Below are positions 25,590 through 40,513 of a DNA stretch of 64,000 bases, one piece after another. Source of the stretch: Eledone cirrhosa (taxonomy: Eukaryota); contig OZ024740.1 of the NCBI GenBank assembly GCA_964016885.1, positions 202,058,001 to 202,122,000 on the forward strand, read 5' to 3'. Within the stretch, counting starts at the first letter, position 1; each line of letters starts with the position of its first letter. Made by a program: the position numbers and the translations under genes. The notes under the pieces are model-generated. The model had not been told where the DNA came from and ran no database searches. It saw only the letters and a program-made list of their open reading frames with translations.

Positions 25590-26816
25590 TATCATCATCA
25601 TCATCATCATTCCATTTTATGTCCACTTTTTCCCTGCTTGCAAGGGTGGGATGGGAACTGATTTTGGCTTGATTTCTACAGCTGGATGCACTTCCTAACA
25701 CCAACCTCATTTACAGTGAGTGCTAGGTGCTTTTTTGCCGTGGCACCTCCACGACCACTTTGCAGTGGTATGATATGGACCACAGTCTCTATCATCTCAT
25801 TTCTACAGCTGAGTAAACTGGAGCAATGTGAAATAAAGTGTCTTGCTCAAGGAAACAACACATCACCCAGTCTGAGAATTGAACTCACAACCTTTCGATT
25901 GCAAGGCCAATGCTCTAACCACTAAGCCATGTGCCTCCATATATATATTATAATCATCATCATGATATATATATATTATATATTCCAATGATGAACACTC
26001 CAGTTGGTTCAATCAATGGAACAGCTTGTTTATGAAAATAATGTGTAAGTGGCTGAGCATTCTACAGACACATTCAATTTTAACATAGTTCTCAGGGAGA
26101 TTCAGCAGGAAAAGGTGTGACAATATTGCCCCTTGAATTACATGTCAAACCCATTTTTGCCAGCTGAGTTGACTGGGAGCAACATGAAATAAAGTGTCTT
26201 GCTTGAGGACACCACAACACAGCACCCAATCCAGGAATCGAACTCATGACCTCATGACTGTGCACTGAACACTTTAACCACAAAGTCACATGCCTTCACA
26301 TATATGATTATTACAGAGATCTCATCAAAACCAAAGTCATATCTACCCTACATTGTTTCCATTTCCATAATTAACTCTTCCATTACCATATTTCTAATGA
26401 AAGACACATATATGATATATATATATATCATTTCATCATTCATCATTTCATTTTACGTCCGCTTTTTCCCTGCTTGCAAGGGTGGGACGGGAACTGATTC
26501 TGGCTTGATTTCTACAGCTGGATGCCCTTCCTAACACCAACCTCATTTACAGTGAGTGCTGGGTGCTTTTTTGCCGTGGCACCTGCACGACCACTTTCCA
26601 GTGGAATGATAGAGACCCCAGTCCCTATCATCTCATTTCTACAGCTGAGTAAACTGGAGCAATGTGAAATAAAGTGTCTTGCTCAAGGAAATAACACATC
26701 ACCTGGTCTGAGAATTGAACTCACAACCTTTTGATTGCAAGCCCAATGCTCTAACCACTAAGCCATGTGCCTCCATATTGCCCCTTGAATTACATGTCAA
26801 ACCCATTTTTGCCAGC
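25590..26816 (-). mobile_element. Cluster of composite SINEs (tRNA-headed family B joined to RTE-tailed family C), two near-identical copies
   Basis: 25590-25940 and 26420-26777 are closely similar; tRNA-like head (gtggttagagc..gagttcaattc) on minus and (CAT)n RTE-type tail. Confidence 0.75.
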
Positions 26817-26829
26817 TATATATATATCA

Positions 26830-27320
26830 TCATCATAAGGTTTCTCCCTATGTACAAAAGGAAGGCTGTATGATGCCTATGTGCAGTGTGTGATGTTGCA
26901 TGGTAGTAAAACATGGGCTGTGACTGCAGACGACATGTGTAGACTGGATAGAAATGAAGCAACCATGTTTTGTTGGATATGCAATCAAAATGTGAGAGAA
27001 AGGTAGAGCTTGGACAAGCTGAGGGAGAAGCTGGGTTTAAGAGGAATCCAAGGTGGAGTGCAGGGGAGAAGACTGCATTGGTATGGACATGGACAATGAC
27101 CAATGGTTGAAGAAATGCCAGGAAATCCCAGTGGAAGGAAACCGCAGTAGAGGACAACCAAGAAAGACCTTGCCAGAGGTTGTGAGAGCTGACCTCAAAT
27201 TTCTAAGACTGGCGGAGTGGATGACGAAGGAACACGATGAGTGGAGAGATGCCTTGCTGAGAAGGACCCATCCAACCCATGCAAGCATGGAAAAGCAGAC
27301 ATAAAAACGATGATCATGAT
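26830..27320 (+). mobile_element. RTE LINE 3' fragment
   Basis: WLKKCQEIPVEGNRSRGQPRKT...DEWRDALL is homologous to 49623-49973; (GAT)n tail. Confidence 0.85.
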
Positions 27321-27956
27321 ATATATATCATCAGTTTCCATTTGCCATCTACGCTGGTATGGATTGTCACAGTTAGAGACTAGACAAGTCAAAGTTACTA
27401 GTTTTACTCATTATGTTCCATATGTGTCATGGGTTCTAGAGCTTGATGCCCTTCATAATGCCAACCACCTTACAAGGGGCATTTTTTTGTGACACTAGAA
27501 CTACTACTATACAGAATGGCATGGATGCATTTTATCATAGAGAGTGTACTGGTTGCATTTTATAATACCAGTACAAGAGTTGTTACATGCTAGGCCAGAC
27601 TGAAGAGTCCTCTCAAACCCTATATTGTCTGTGTTCAATTGCCAAAGATTGTAGCCCCTAATTCCTTACCATGTTTACATTTAGTGTTGTAGTGCTTGTG
27701 CAGGTAGACAGGTCTTTTGTATTATGCTAGTGCCATGATAAGATGAATCTGATACTCTGTAACATAGCTGGCATAACAAAACATATTCAACTGTAGAAAT
27801 CATACCAAAATATAAAACATATAAGTAACATATGCTTCCCCAACTAATCTAGTCTTGGAGTGTGATATTCCAGCCCATGCCAAGATGTAAAATAATAGTG
27901 ATATATAATATATATAAAACAGATTTTAAGTGATGAAGATGATGATGATATATATA

Positions 27957-28046
27957 CAGGGTGTCCCAAAAAATGTATACACTTCAACATCATTCTAATA
28001 AATATTGCCTCTACAGGTAATCAAAGTGTGTATATGGGACACCCTG
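27957..28046. mobile_element. Tc1/mariner-type MITE
   Basis: TA|cagggtgtccca ... tgggacaccctg|TA. Confidence 0.75.
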
Positions 28047-28052
28047 TATATG

Positions 28053-29830
28053 TATCATCATGATTTTATATCCATTTTTCCATCTTTGCATAGGTTGGAC
28101 AGGTCCTTTCCAACACAGTCTCCCTCCTCTAGTAGCATTCCTTTGTCATCTTCTCCTTTGTAAGATTCAGTATCTTGAGATCAACTCTAACCACCGCTAC
28201 CCAGGTAGCTTCCTTCCACTGGTACTTCTGCACCCAGTATTCATCATCCATAAGTTTCACATGTCCATACCAATGCAGTCTTCTCTCTTGCAACACTACA
28301 TTTCATACCTCTTATGTCATACACAGTTTTTCTCTCAGTTCTGCCATGCTCCACTGTTCATGCAGATTCCAACAGAGCTTGCTCACTTAATTTTCCCCAA
28401 TCTCTGCTTTTATCATCCATGTCTCATTGCCATGCAATCTTGCACTTGTCGTGTGGGCATCACAGCATCTACTCTTCACTCAGAGGAAAAATCCCTTTAT
28501 CAAGAGAGGTAGTAACTCCTTGAACTTTCTCCAGCCTGTTCTTATTCTAGTTATTATGCTTTCATAGCAACCTCCTCCACTGCCAATTTGGTCACCTAAG
28601 TAACAGAAACTATCAACTACTTCTGTGATACCTTCTTGGGATTGGAAAAAGGTTTATTTTGCTTCTACTCTTACTACCAAATAGCCCTGTGCATCTGTCA
28701 TATGCAAAGTCTATTTTTTCTGTTAGTCTGCCTGCAATGCCACTACACTTCTTGTATATCCATACCTTACACTGCGTTCATAGAATTTTTACCAACTCTT
28801 TTTTTACATATTGAGCATGGCCACTTCCTTGATGGAATCAGTTTTGTCCTCTTTCCTACTTACTAAAACTTTGGTCTTTCCTTTTTGTGTATGCTCAGCT
28901 TTTTAGCTTTCTAAGATCTGTTTCCTCAGCCAGAATATCTTCTCAAGCTCTTCCACCAATTCAGCTATAAGAACCAGGTCATCAGCATATAAAAGTTGCC
29001 ATGAGCTGGTAAAGCTGCTTGACTATCAGAGATAGTCACTGAGATGCTGAAATCCTTTGTGGGAGTAGTTGAGCTAGTCACACACATAGTCAATCAGGTA
29101 ATATAAGATGGTGTCATACCCAATAACTGGTATAGCAGTATAATAATTAAATGTTGCAAGCAAAAAGGTGATGCGCTAGAAAGGAGCAACTACAGAAGCA
29201 TGAAAATGATGGATCAAGCTATGAAAGGGACAGAAAGGTTTTGTGTTGCTCTAGTGTACTAGCAGTAGCTAGGGGTTTAACCCTGCAATGGACTGGTACT
29301 GTCCAGAGGTATGGAGTCTTGTACTCTCAGTTGCTTAATGCCAAGGAAACCAGGATAATCACCAGCTTAATGAGCCTCCAGGCTTGAGATAGACTTTGAC
29401 TTTTAGTATTTTAACACAGCTAATTAGGAAAAAGTAAAATTAGAAGAGAAGCAATTTGGTTTTGTGCCAGGAAGGAGTGCTGCAGATGCCTTCTTCTTAG
29501 TGAAACAACTAAAAGAGAAGTTCCTAAGTGTAAAGCTGCTATAGATCTGGAAAAAACTTTTAACAGAGTACCAGGATTTATTATCTGGTGGCCGTTAAGG
29601 AAACTATGTGTAGATGAGAGGCATATGAGAGCAGTACAAGTCATGTATAAAGTACTGTCAGTAAAGTAAAAGTAGATAATGAGTTTAGTAAAGAATTCAA
29701 TGTGGTGTGCAGCAAGACTTCAGTTCTCTTCTGTTTATTATTCTCCAGGCTATAACAGAGGAGTTTAGGACTGGCTGCTCATGGGAACTTCTATATATTG
29801 ATAACCTGGATATAGCTGAATTGGTGGAAG
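28053..29830. mobile_element. Old RTE LINE with 5' inversion (3' part on minus 28053-29005; RT part on plus 29040-29830) interrupted by a SINE
   Basis: Minus part has the LLYADDL, PHD-like and tail regions; plus part has remnants of NYRxxKxMDQ, QFGFVPG, DLEKxFNRVP and FRTGCSWELLY. Confidence 0.7.
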
Positions 29831-29837
29831 AATCTAT

Positions 29838-30320
29838 GTTACCCCATACCTACCGACAATATTACCCACCTACCTACCCACATTACTACCCACCAACCTA
29901 CCCACAATTTTATTCACCAATCTACCCACCCTCCTCCCCACAATTATATCCACCAATCTACCCACCAATCTACCCACCTACTTACCCATCATCCCACCCA
30001 CCATTTTATCCACCAATCTACCCACCATCCAACCCACATTCTACCCACCATTCTACACACCATCTTACCCACACTCTACCCACCTTTCTACCCACCTTCT
30101 ACCCACTATCCTATCCACCATTTTACCAATCATTCTACCTACCATTTTTACCCACTTCCTACTCACCCTCTACCCACCACTATATCCACCATCCTACCCA
30201 CAATTTTACCTACCTACCATTCTACCCATCATCCTACTTACCATCTTACTCACCATCATATCTACCATTTCAACCCACTATCCTACCCACACTCCCACCA
30301 ACAATGTTACCCACCATCTA
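29838..30320. repeat. Degenerate ~12-bp C-rich minisatellite (ctacccaccatt-like)
   Basis: Repeated tacccacc units; gives the Pro/Tyr-rich artefact ORF. Confidence 0.85.
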
Positions 30321-31516
30321 AATATACACCATTGCCCCACCCTAGATATAGCCCCATTGTTAATATAGTGAAGGTACATGATGTGGGTTTAATTCTTGGA
30401 CCAGGTTGTATATTGTGTTCTTGAGCAAAATATTCAGTTCCATGTTGCTCAACAGAAGCCAGGAATTAACCGTGCAATAGTCCAGGGGATAGTCTAGTAA
30501 TCTCAGCCATTTAGTGCTGATGAAACCAGGATAAGTACTAGCCTGATGAGCCTCTGGGCTTGGGACAGGCTTTTAATGTGATAATATAGCTCAAACATTA
30601 ATATTGACATGATGTTAATATAGACCTAAGTGAAGGTGCATGGACTAGTGGTTAGGTGTTAGACTTACAATCATGTCATGGGTTTGATCCCTGGATCAGA
30701 TTGTCACGTTCTTGAGCAAAACACTTCATTTGATGTTGCTCTAGTATACTCAGCAGAAAATGAGTACCAGCAATAGCTGGGGGGTTAACCCTACAATGAA
30801 CTGGCACTCTGTCCAGAGGTGGGGAGTCTTGTACTCTCAGTATCTTAATGCCAAGGAGACCAGGATAAGTACCAGCTTAATGAGCTTGAGATAGACTTTG
30901 ACTTCTAGTCTTTTAGATCATAGACTGAAGCTGATCTTAGATGTAAACCCAAAGTTAATATAAACCTGTAAACCAAACATCAATATAAAACAGATATGGC
31001 TGTGTGGTTAAGAAGATCCCACTGCACATCACCTTGGACAAGTATCTTCTACAATAACCTTTGGTTGACCAATACCTTCATCCTTCTGTACTGCTATCCC
31101 CCACTCCCTATTTCCCAAGCCACCCATTATTGACATCTACCTCTCTCTATTACTATCAATCACCTTAACTCTTTAACATTTACATTACTCTATATATATT
31201 TACTGTTATATATTTCACGGTAAGGGCTTTATCTCATATAATATCGAATCTATGAAATTTTGATATTTATTTTGAGTGCAATACCTTAACATAAGTATGT
31301 GCAGTCAGTTTGAACAGAAAGAGGTGAGAGAATTCTGGCCAGATATAGTCGGTTTAAATGCTGCCATCACTGTATCTCTACCATTACACCCTCCCCAACT
31401 TCCCCAGTGTCTCTTACATTACTCCCTCTACTACCAGCCTTTGTTCTAATTTCTATGTCTCTCCCATTATACTCTGTCTCTTCATTCACCTTCTTGCTCT
31501 GGTTCATCTTCTATCA

Positions 31517-31562
<46 letters not shown>

Positions 31563-34356
31563 TCATCATGTTGGCCATGTTGTCTTTAACTCTTTCATTA
31601 ATAACATACACTGTATTTCAATTCATAATTGAAGAATTTTGAGGGAGTTACTAAAATTATTAATATTTCATTACTAAGATATATTTCTTTATAGTAACTT
31701 AACATATGGTTATTATATAAAATTATGTTAGAAGATTTTAATCTAAATAGGAACCCTTTAAAATGTGTGGTTTTGTTTCCTAAAACCAGAGCCAATTTTT
31801 GCTGGGTTGATATCAAAAGGATTAATAAATGGAGACAACATTCTTCATGTGTATTTGTACATTGTTGCCATGAACAGAAAATAATGGAGAAGAAAACATT
31901 GTCTAATGCACTAAAAGGGAGACCTTGGAAGACATAGAAGGAAGGAAGACTTATCTCAAGTAGTAAGAAACTCATGAAGGAAATGACTAACAGCTGTGAC
32001 AAGTTGCAACATACAGTGCTGGAGAAGACCCACCTACTGGTAAAATACTGGTGTCAATGGAAATAGGGATGTATAATATCTCAATATGTCAACCTCACTA
32101 GTGTTAATGACATGATAAAATGCCCCACTGTGAAGTGGTTGGTGATAGAAAGGGTATCCAATCATATAAAAGTCACCAAAGGGTTGAGAAGACACTTTAG
32201 TTGTGTCAAAGACAAGGCAACCTCTATAGCCTACTACCACTATAAAATGTATCTTGTGTACCTTGCAGGAAAGTATGTAAGCAATATGCAGTAACTGACC
32301 CATCGGTGAGGTCAGTAGCTGACTTGGTCTGTGAAAATATGTCCAACCTTTGCTGGCAGGAAAAATGATGTGTCCCCTACCTATTGTGTTGCATCTATTG
32401 CCCTCTTTGTGAACTACACATCTATCAGGTCAACTTTACTTTTCATCCTTCCGGGGTCAATAAAATAAAGTACTAGTCAAATACTGGGGGTTATACAATA
32501 GATTTTGCTTTCCCCTCAATTTGCTGACCTTACACCAAAATTAGAAATTATCATTACATGTGTTTTCTCAGTCCATCTCCTTGACAGAGCTGCAATCCTA
32601 GGTCGTGAAGACTAAGACAGAGTGCTTGGAAACTAGAATGTTTAAGAGCACACAGCCTTCTACCAACTGGGCACTATGATGTGGAAACTCAACCTTGGTG
32701 TTCTATAGAGGGTTAGTTGTCAGTAAAAGTGACAACATTTTTGGAGAAACTCTATCTGCCATCGAGAATCAACTTTCAGTCAAGGGCCCGTGAATAACTT
32801 CCAGAATTCTCTGACCTGGTAGTACTAGAAGGGAGCATTTCCAGTTCATGATAAACTCTACAAGCATGGAAGTGCTTTCAGCCAGGCCTGTCCATGATAC
32901 ATGCCAACCTGTACGCATTTGTCCCCTGTGAGCACTACTGACTTGCATAGCTATGTTGATTAGTTGTTATCATGTGTAGGACGGATCTAACTATTGGCAG
33001 AGTCCATCGTGATTATAGCCCTGTCATCTTCCTTTACTCAAGAAAGGCAAGGATTATGGCTATAGTGAAAGAGGTTGTGAGGTGGACACATTTGAAAGGG
33101 TTGAGGACTGGCACTTTGCTCATTGACAAAGCCTTGTGTTGCATTTGAAGTGAAAAATCAAAGTGGAGGGGAAAGTGTTGTTCTCCAACCAGTTTGTTGA
33201 ACTGTAGATAAGAGTTGTGAGCATGATCTGAGTAAATGAGCCTGCTCTGAGAATATGTGTGTTTTTGCCTAAGCAATATGTCCTGCAGCTCAGCCATACA
33301 ATGACAGAATTGTTAGAGTGGTAACTAAAATGTAATGTAGTATTTCTTTACATTGAGTTCAAATCAGGCTTAGGTTAAATTTGCCTTTCATCTTGCTAGA
33401 GCTTATTAAATAAAGTATTCAAGAACTAGGGTTGATATAATCATCTTAACTCTCTCCTCAAAATTGCTGGCCTTATGCCTAAATTTGAAATTAATATTAT
33501 TTTTCTTTTTACAGTTTCTACTGTGTCAAGAGGTACACCTTTGTGTTCCTGTAGTGTGTACAGTATTGTGTGTGTGTGTGTTTTGGTGGGGTATGTACAT
33601 AATTAGTGTAACGCCGCAGTTTTGTTGTATTATGGGATTTAGCTTGCTTATCTCTTGTGTTATTTTAGTGTTTGTCCAGTTGTGTCAAATATGTAGTATG
33701 ACAGAAGTTATCAGTGCTAGACTTACCTATAAGCTAAATAATTTATAGCTTAAGGCCACACACCCTCAAGAGCCTCATTTTAAAAAATATATTTTTATTT
33801 TATCATTAGTTTTTATTCTTTAACAATAAATCATCAAAAATTATATATATATATTCATTTCTTTTTACTACTGACTACCTTTTATTTTCTGTGTCTATCC
33901 TCAGTGATCCTGTCTCTATTTTTGTACTCCTGAAGAAGGGCTAAAGCCAGACACTTCGATCTTTCTTTCTCCTTTTACATATAAAGTACGAAACTAATAA
34001 GACTTTTTGTACTTCTGTTTTGTCATTTCCTTGAACTATATATATATCATTATCATCACCGTTTTACGTCCATTCTTCCACGCTAGCATGGGTTAGACGG
34101 GTTGTCTTGTTGTGGGCGGTGCCCGGTCAGCTGACCTTGTATTGCTCATATGGGAACTGATTTTGGCTCGATTTCTACAGCTGGATGCCCTTCCTAACAC
34201 CAACCTCATTTACAGTGAGTGCTGGGGGCTTTTTTTCCGTGGCGCCTACACGGCCACTTTACAGTGTGGGCTGGGTGCTTTTTTTGCCGTGATGCTTCCA
34301 CGACCACTTTGCAGTGGGAATATATATATATTTATTATTATTATTACTATATATAC

Positions 34357-34476
34357 AGGAAAATGTTCAAGACCCCCACGGCAGAGCTCAAGCCGTTCTG
34401 GACTCCAGACTTCTGAGTCCAGAAATAGCCATCGAAATGGCTTGAGCTCTGCCATTGGGGTCTTTAACATTTTCCT
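34357..34476. repeat. ~42-bp-arm inverted repeat with nested hairpin
   Basis: aggaaaatgttcaagacccccacggcagagctcaagcc / ggcttgagctctgccattggggtctttaacattttcct. Confidence 0.85.
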
Positions 34477-34569
34477 ATTACCCACTCTACTACCCTAAGT
34501 ATTGAGTACTCTGGTGCGTTATCGTCCACCTGGTTCCTTACCACACTACCTTCGTTATATATATATATA

Positions 34570-35434
34570 CAGGGTGCGGACAATATTTGTTCGCAAGATT
34601 ACTGTCTAGGAAAAAATAACACAGTAGTTTTATTTTTTAAGATATATTTATCAAACTTGGGTCAGTTTGTCTTCATGACTCGTTCACTCGATAAACCTGC
34701 CATTGGCTTTGATGACAGCCCCAAGGCACCCTCGGAACCGGCTACAGGCCTTCGTCACTGTCCCCTGACTTGTGATCCTGGCCTTCAGATCGTCTTTCGT
34801 ATTGCAGCTAGATCTGTTGGTGTCTCGTTCCACTGCGCCCCACACAAAGAAGTTGAGGGGGTTGCAGTCAGGTGAGCTGGGAGGGGGTTGCAGTCAGGTG
34901 AAGTGTGGTCGACGAAGTTCTTTGACAGCCATATGCTTGGGTCTTTCGGCTGGTATGGCAAGGTGCTGAGTCTTGCTGCCACACGTACGGCCTACCTGCA
35001 GCTACCTGGTCGATCCAGGGGTTTACTACCTCGCTTAGTACGCGGATGTAGCCATCGGTGTTCAGCTTGAGGCCCTCAGAGAAGAAGTGAAGTGGTATGA
35101 CGTCACCTTCACTGCTGACAACACCTAAGACCAATGTTGTCGCTGGAAACTTTGTCTGCATGACTCTGGGCACGTCTTTGGATGAGACACCATTCTCCTG
35201 CTGACGCTGAGAAAGTCTGAAATTTCCTTATTTGTCCTCCCGGCGCGGATTCCAAGAAGAACTCCGTGTCTGTTCCACAAATTTGGAGGTTCAAAATTAT
35301 TCATAATCAATTATTCTGAAAATAAATAATGGAAATATAGTCACTGTTTTTATGAAGACAAGAGTGACAACGGAAGTAAAAAAAATTTGCACAAAATTAG
35401 CAGTTGAAAATTGCGAACAAATATCGTCCTCACC

Positions 35435-35437
<3 letters not shown>
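34570..35437 (-). mobile_element. Internally deleted DD37D (maT) transposon
   Basis: TA-flanked 27-bp TIRs (cagggtgcggacaatatttgttcgcaa); minus ORF VLGVVSSEG...YVWQQDSAPCH is homologous to 8044-9087. Confidence 0.88.
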
Positions 35438-35508
<71 letters not shown>

Positions 35509-37949
35509 TAAATCTGATAAATGTAATAATAATAAATGTGAAGACTAAAATCCGAAAAGGGCTAGATAAGGATAATATTATATATAAAGGTGAAAGTAGT
35601 GATTCTTTGCTTAACTTTAATCTGTTATTTTAATATACATATATCATATATATGTATTATTTATTCTTTATCATTAACATTATGTTGTTTACTCGAGAGA
35701 AGGCTACGTTGGTATGGTCACGTGATGCGCATGAAAGACGACAGCTGTATAACAAAGTGCAGGGCAATAAAGATAGACGGTAGCCACGGAGCAGGCAGAC
35801 CCAGAAAAACCTGGGACGAGCTGATAAATTCCGACCTCACACACTTACACCTCTCCAAGACAATGTCATTGGACCGAGACCTTTGGCGGTACTCAGTAAT
35901 AGAGAAGACCCGCCTTACCTAAATACAAAGTAAAACCTACTACAGTCAGTAGGCATCTCTAACAAAATACTCCCCCGTCCCACCACCCCCACCCCATCCA
36001 CACCGCCCCTTCAATGTAAAGTTATGTTGGTGCCACAACATCCAGGCCGAAACAAATGAGATCGTGTAGATGTCACGACAAAAAAACACACAGTCCACGC
36101 TGTAATGTGGCCGTGTAGGCAACACGGTAAAAACCTCCCAGCCCCACACTGTAAATGTGGTTGGTGTTAGGAAGGGCATCCAGCTGTAGAAAACCCGCCA
36201 GACAGTCCTATGCAAGCAAGTCAACCACTCTTGCCTCAAATGGGAAAACTCCCGTCCAAACCCATGCAAGCGTGGAACATGGACGTTAAACGGTGATGAT
36301 GATGATGATGATTAATATAAAAAATGATAATTATTTCATTTTTAGAGAAGGGCTTCAAATCTCATATAGTTCAGAGCCTCAGCAGGTGATAGTCTGGCCC
36401 TGTGAGTTGTATTATTTTGTTGGGTTGTGAATATATTCTGTATGTATTATGTGTGTCAGTGTTGGGTATGTTGTGTGTGGGTATGCAAGCGTGGAAGATA
36501 GACGTTAAACGATGATGATGATGTTGCAGCTGTCAAGAATGTTTGGTTGTGTGAGTTATTGGTGCTGCAATGTTAGATATTGGTTATGTAAGAGTATGTG
36601 TTGTTGTATTTTACTGGGTGTAATTTTATAGAGTACATGTTGTGTGAGTTGTGTTGTTTTATGATATTGGTTTCTGATTTAGGCACAAGGACAACAATTA
36701 TTTGCCAACAGCGTAGTGCAGGGGTTCACTTCCTCACAGGCACTGCTGTCCTCTTTTTTCTGTCTCAACTATTATTTATAGTCAACAATTAGTATTGGTT
36801 TCTGATTTAGGCACAAGGCCAACAATTTTTGGGGGAGGAAAAAGTTATATCAACCCCAGCACACTACTGGTACTTTATTTTATCAACCCCGTAAGGATGA
36901 AAGGCAAAGCTAACCTCAGCAGGATTTGAACTCAGATCGTAAAGGGCTGTAACTCTATGTCATAAAGCATGTTGTCCGACGCTCCACCGATACTGCCAAT
37001 CATTGATTACTGGGTGTTTTGTGTGAAGATTGTTTTATTTGAGTTATTAAACCAACAATGTTTTGTTCAGGATGTCAACTGTTCCTGCCAGAGCTATTTC
37101 ATGGGTTGTCTTAGCACTGGTAAGTCTTGTATGTTTTTATTCATTTTTTAACACTAGTGTTCCAATTACTATTGCTATTATTTTTACCTTCATGCCCTAC
37201 AGTTTATATCAATTGTATTTTGACAGTTTCTCCACTTCTTTCCAATCAATATTTTGTCCAGAAGGAATAGAAATGTCTATCTGTGTGTTTGTGGTTTTGA
37301 TTATTCTCTCTACTTGGTTTGTCTTCATCCCCTTCTCTGATTGGTTGGGTAGATTGTAGATGGTTCTCACCAGGTTGTTGTCACATTTATTGCTTGTTTA
37401 TGTATTTCTATGCGTGTTTAGGCTCCAATTCTCTGATTTCAGTGTTTAGGTCTTGTATAATATTGTCAGGGTTGGTTAATATGCCACTTCTTGTGGTGGT
37501 TTTGGTACATTTGCCTAATCAGTCAGGTAAAGGACTTTACAATCTCCCTAGTGCTGATGCTACAATAAAATGTAAAGTTGGTACCACAATATCCAGTCCA
37601 AATAAATGAGATAATGAGATCGATATCATGTAGGTGTCACAACAAAAAAACACACAGACCACGCTGTAATGTGGCCATGTAGGTAACATGGTAAAAAGTT
37701 CCCAGTTCCACACTGTAAATGTGGTTGGTGTTAGGAAGGGCATCCAGCCATAGAAAACCTGCCAGATAGTCCAATATGAGCGAGACACGGTCACGCGACC
37801 AACCTTGCCTCAAGTGGGACAACTCCCGTCTAACCCATGCTAGTGTGGAAGATGGACGTTAAACGAAGGTGATGATGATGATGATGATACACACACAATG
37901 TAGTTGCTTATGATACACACACACGTATATATTATGTGAAAAAGCAAGT

Positions 37950-38170
37950 CTTAGTGGTTAGAGCATTGGGCTTGCAATTGGGAAGTTGTGAGTTTAATTC
38001 TCAGATTGGGTGATGCATTGTGTCCTTGGGCAAGACACTTTATTTCACATTGCTCCAGTTCACTCAGCTGTAGAAATGAGTTGTGACATCACTGATGCCA
38101 AATTATATCAGCCATTGCCTTTCCCTTGGTCAACATCGGTGGCATGGAGAGGGGAGACTGGGATGTATGT
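37950..38170 (+). mobile_element. tRNA-derived SINE family B
   Basis: gtggttagagc A-box, gagtttaattc B-box and gtgtccttgggcaagacacttt central block; other copies at 25790(-), 26150(-), 26630(-), 30370 and 30630. Confidence 0.75.
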
Positions 38171-38717
38171 AGTGGTAAGAAAGTAGTAAGAAACTCTCAG
38201 GAGAGCTGAACAGCAGAAGGTCTTCCGAGAAGAAACCCCACCTCAAGCGAGTGTTTTGGCCTTTAACGTCTAACCTTCTAAGGGAGCTGGGCCATATCCA
38301 GGTCATGACTCCTGGGTACCCTTCTGCTAACATTAAGTTATTTGGAAATCAGAGACTTGCTGCGTATTTAAACCATTTGGAGATCTTGTTGACAGGATCT
38401 AGCTGAAATTCCTCTCCATTGCCCCTGCTTTCAAACTTATATTTATACACTTTCTTGAATTGGAAAAATAACGTTGGTAGTCATGGTAGCAGTGAGATGT
38501 CAACGTATTGTCACCAACACTACAAACTACAATTGACTTTATATTACATATGGATGGTGGCACTCCGTCGGTTACAATGATGAGTGTTCCAGTTAATCCG
38601 ATCAATGGAACAGCCTGCTCGTGAAATTCTGCAGACGTGCATATCTTTAATGTAGCTCTTGGAGAGATTCAGCATGCCACAGAATGTGACAAAACTACCA
38701 TTCGAACTACTGGTGCA

Positions 38718-38758
<41 letters not shown>

Positions 38759-38920
38759 TAAAGCACGTAGCTTTGAGGTTAGGGTATTCGGCTTACAATC
38801 GGACTGAGGAAACAATGTTGCCATTAATCTTTCCATTGCTGATACTATCTACTGGTCGCAACTCCTGGCAATATATATATATATAATATATATATATATA
38901 ATATATATATATAATGTATA

Positions 38921-39013
38921 ATAAGCAAAATAAATAAATGAAGGAGGAGCAATTCGTAAGTAAAATTTGGTTTTAAACGAATTGCTCCTCCTTCATTTAT
39001 TTATTTTGCTTAT
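38921..39013. repeat. Perfect 37-bp-arm inverted repeat
   Basis: 38921-38957 vs 38977-39013, next to a TA-rich tract. Confidence 0.92.
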
Positions 39014-39370
39014 ACTTGCTCTGCTTGACTTCTTCATTAAATATTAACCCCTCTTTAATATTTAATACTGCTACCCTAAGCATCGAGCACACCTCGCTTC
39101 AGCTATCGGCATTTAGCATAATGTATCACATCTCTCTGTCTCCTCCTCTCTTATGATACATATCTCCTCTTAATATATAATATATCAAAAAGCACCCAGC
39201 ACACACTGTAAATGTTGTTGATATTAAGAAGGGCATCTAGCCATAGAAACCAAGCAAAAACGAGTCATGGTCATTGGACCTGGCTTGTCTTACAATGGGG
39301 CAACTCATCTAACCAATGCTAGCATGGAAAACGGTGATGATGATGATGACATAATATATATTATATAATG

Positions 39371-39437
<67 letters not shown>

Positions 39438-39509
39438 GAGAGAGTTTAATATTTTTCAATCAGTTAATTATTTCAATAGTAAATAGGTGTTTTAACTTTT
39501 ACTTGAATA

Positions 39510-39599
<90 letters not shown>

Positions 39600-40513
39600 A
39601 TACATATATATATATGTATGTAGGTATGAATGTATATATGTATATATGAGTGTGTCATATAAACATACCAAATTTATATATACCAAAATTACCAATAATT
39701 TTAGTCAAGAATTTTGCAAGAATTACTTCAAGAATTAACAAATACAAAGCTCTGTTCATCTTCATTGCTAAAAACCAATCATTGATTGCATAACCAGTTC
39801 TCTTGAAATTCTCTGCTATAAATCATATCTTTCAGTGCAACTTTTGCATGGCTAAGTGCAGAGGTGTTTATGTGAGAGATAGAGAAACATCGACAGCAAT
39901 AGTAGTAGTAAGAGTAGCTGTAGCAGCAGTTAGAATGTCAGAATGTAGTTGCTTAATGTGAGACATAGTAGGCTTAGCTATTTTATGGAAACTTTTTTTC
40001 ACTTCTTCTTGTTTCACAAGACTGTGGTTATGTAAGATGCTGATATTACTTGCTGCTTACACAATACTTCGGTTGCAAAGAAGAATAAGATTACTCTACA
40101 ATACACAATAAGCAGAGGAGAAAGACAATTATTCAGCCATTTCATTACCATATTTCTAATGAAAAATACTGCCTAGGTTTTTCAAACAATTATGAAAATT
40201 ATCAAGCATTTGGAGAGATTTATATCAAGCTAATATTTGGAACATAAATTAAAGTTTCTCACATAAATTTATTTAGATTTTTAGATGAATACAAGCGTTA
40301 TAAAATTAACCTTATTTCTAATGAAATAAACTGCCTATGATTTCAAATATTTTCGAAAATAAAGAATTTGGAGTGATTTAATAATATAACTAACTTACTT
40401 ATTATTAAGCTAGTGTTTGCAACATAATTTATCAAAGATTCTTAAATAAAATTATGATAGAATTTTTTTTTTTTTTTTTTTTACAAATATAAACAATTTA
40501 AAATGATTAAGTT

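Noticed and set aside
29707-30321. 204-aa Pro/Tyr-rich extensin-like ORF
   Set aside because: An RTE RT fragment reading into a C-rich minisatellite; no ATG start or splice support.
30515-30570. CTGATGA words followed by a small hairpin
   Set aside because: Part of a SINE tail; no GAAA or stem I.
33925-34005. CTGAAGA...GAAA candidate
   Set aside because: Stems II, III and I cannot be formed convincingly.
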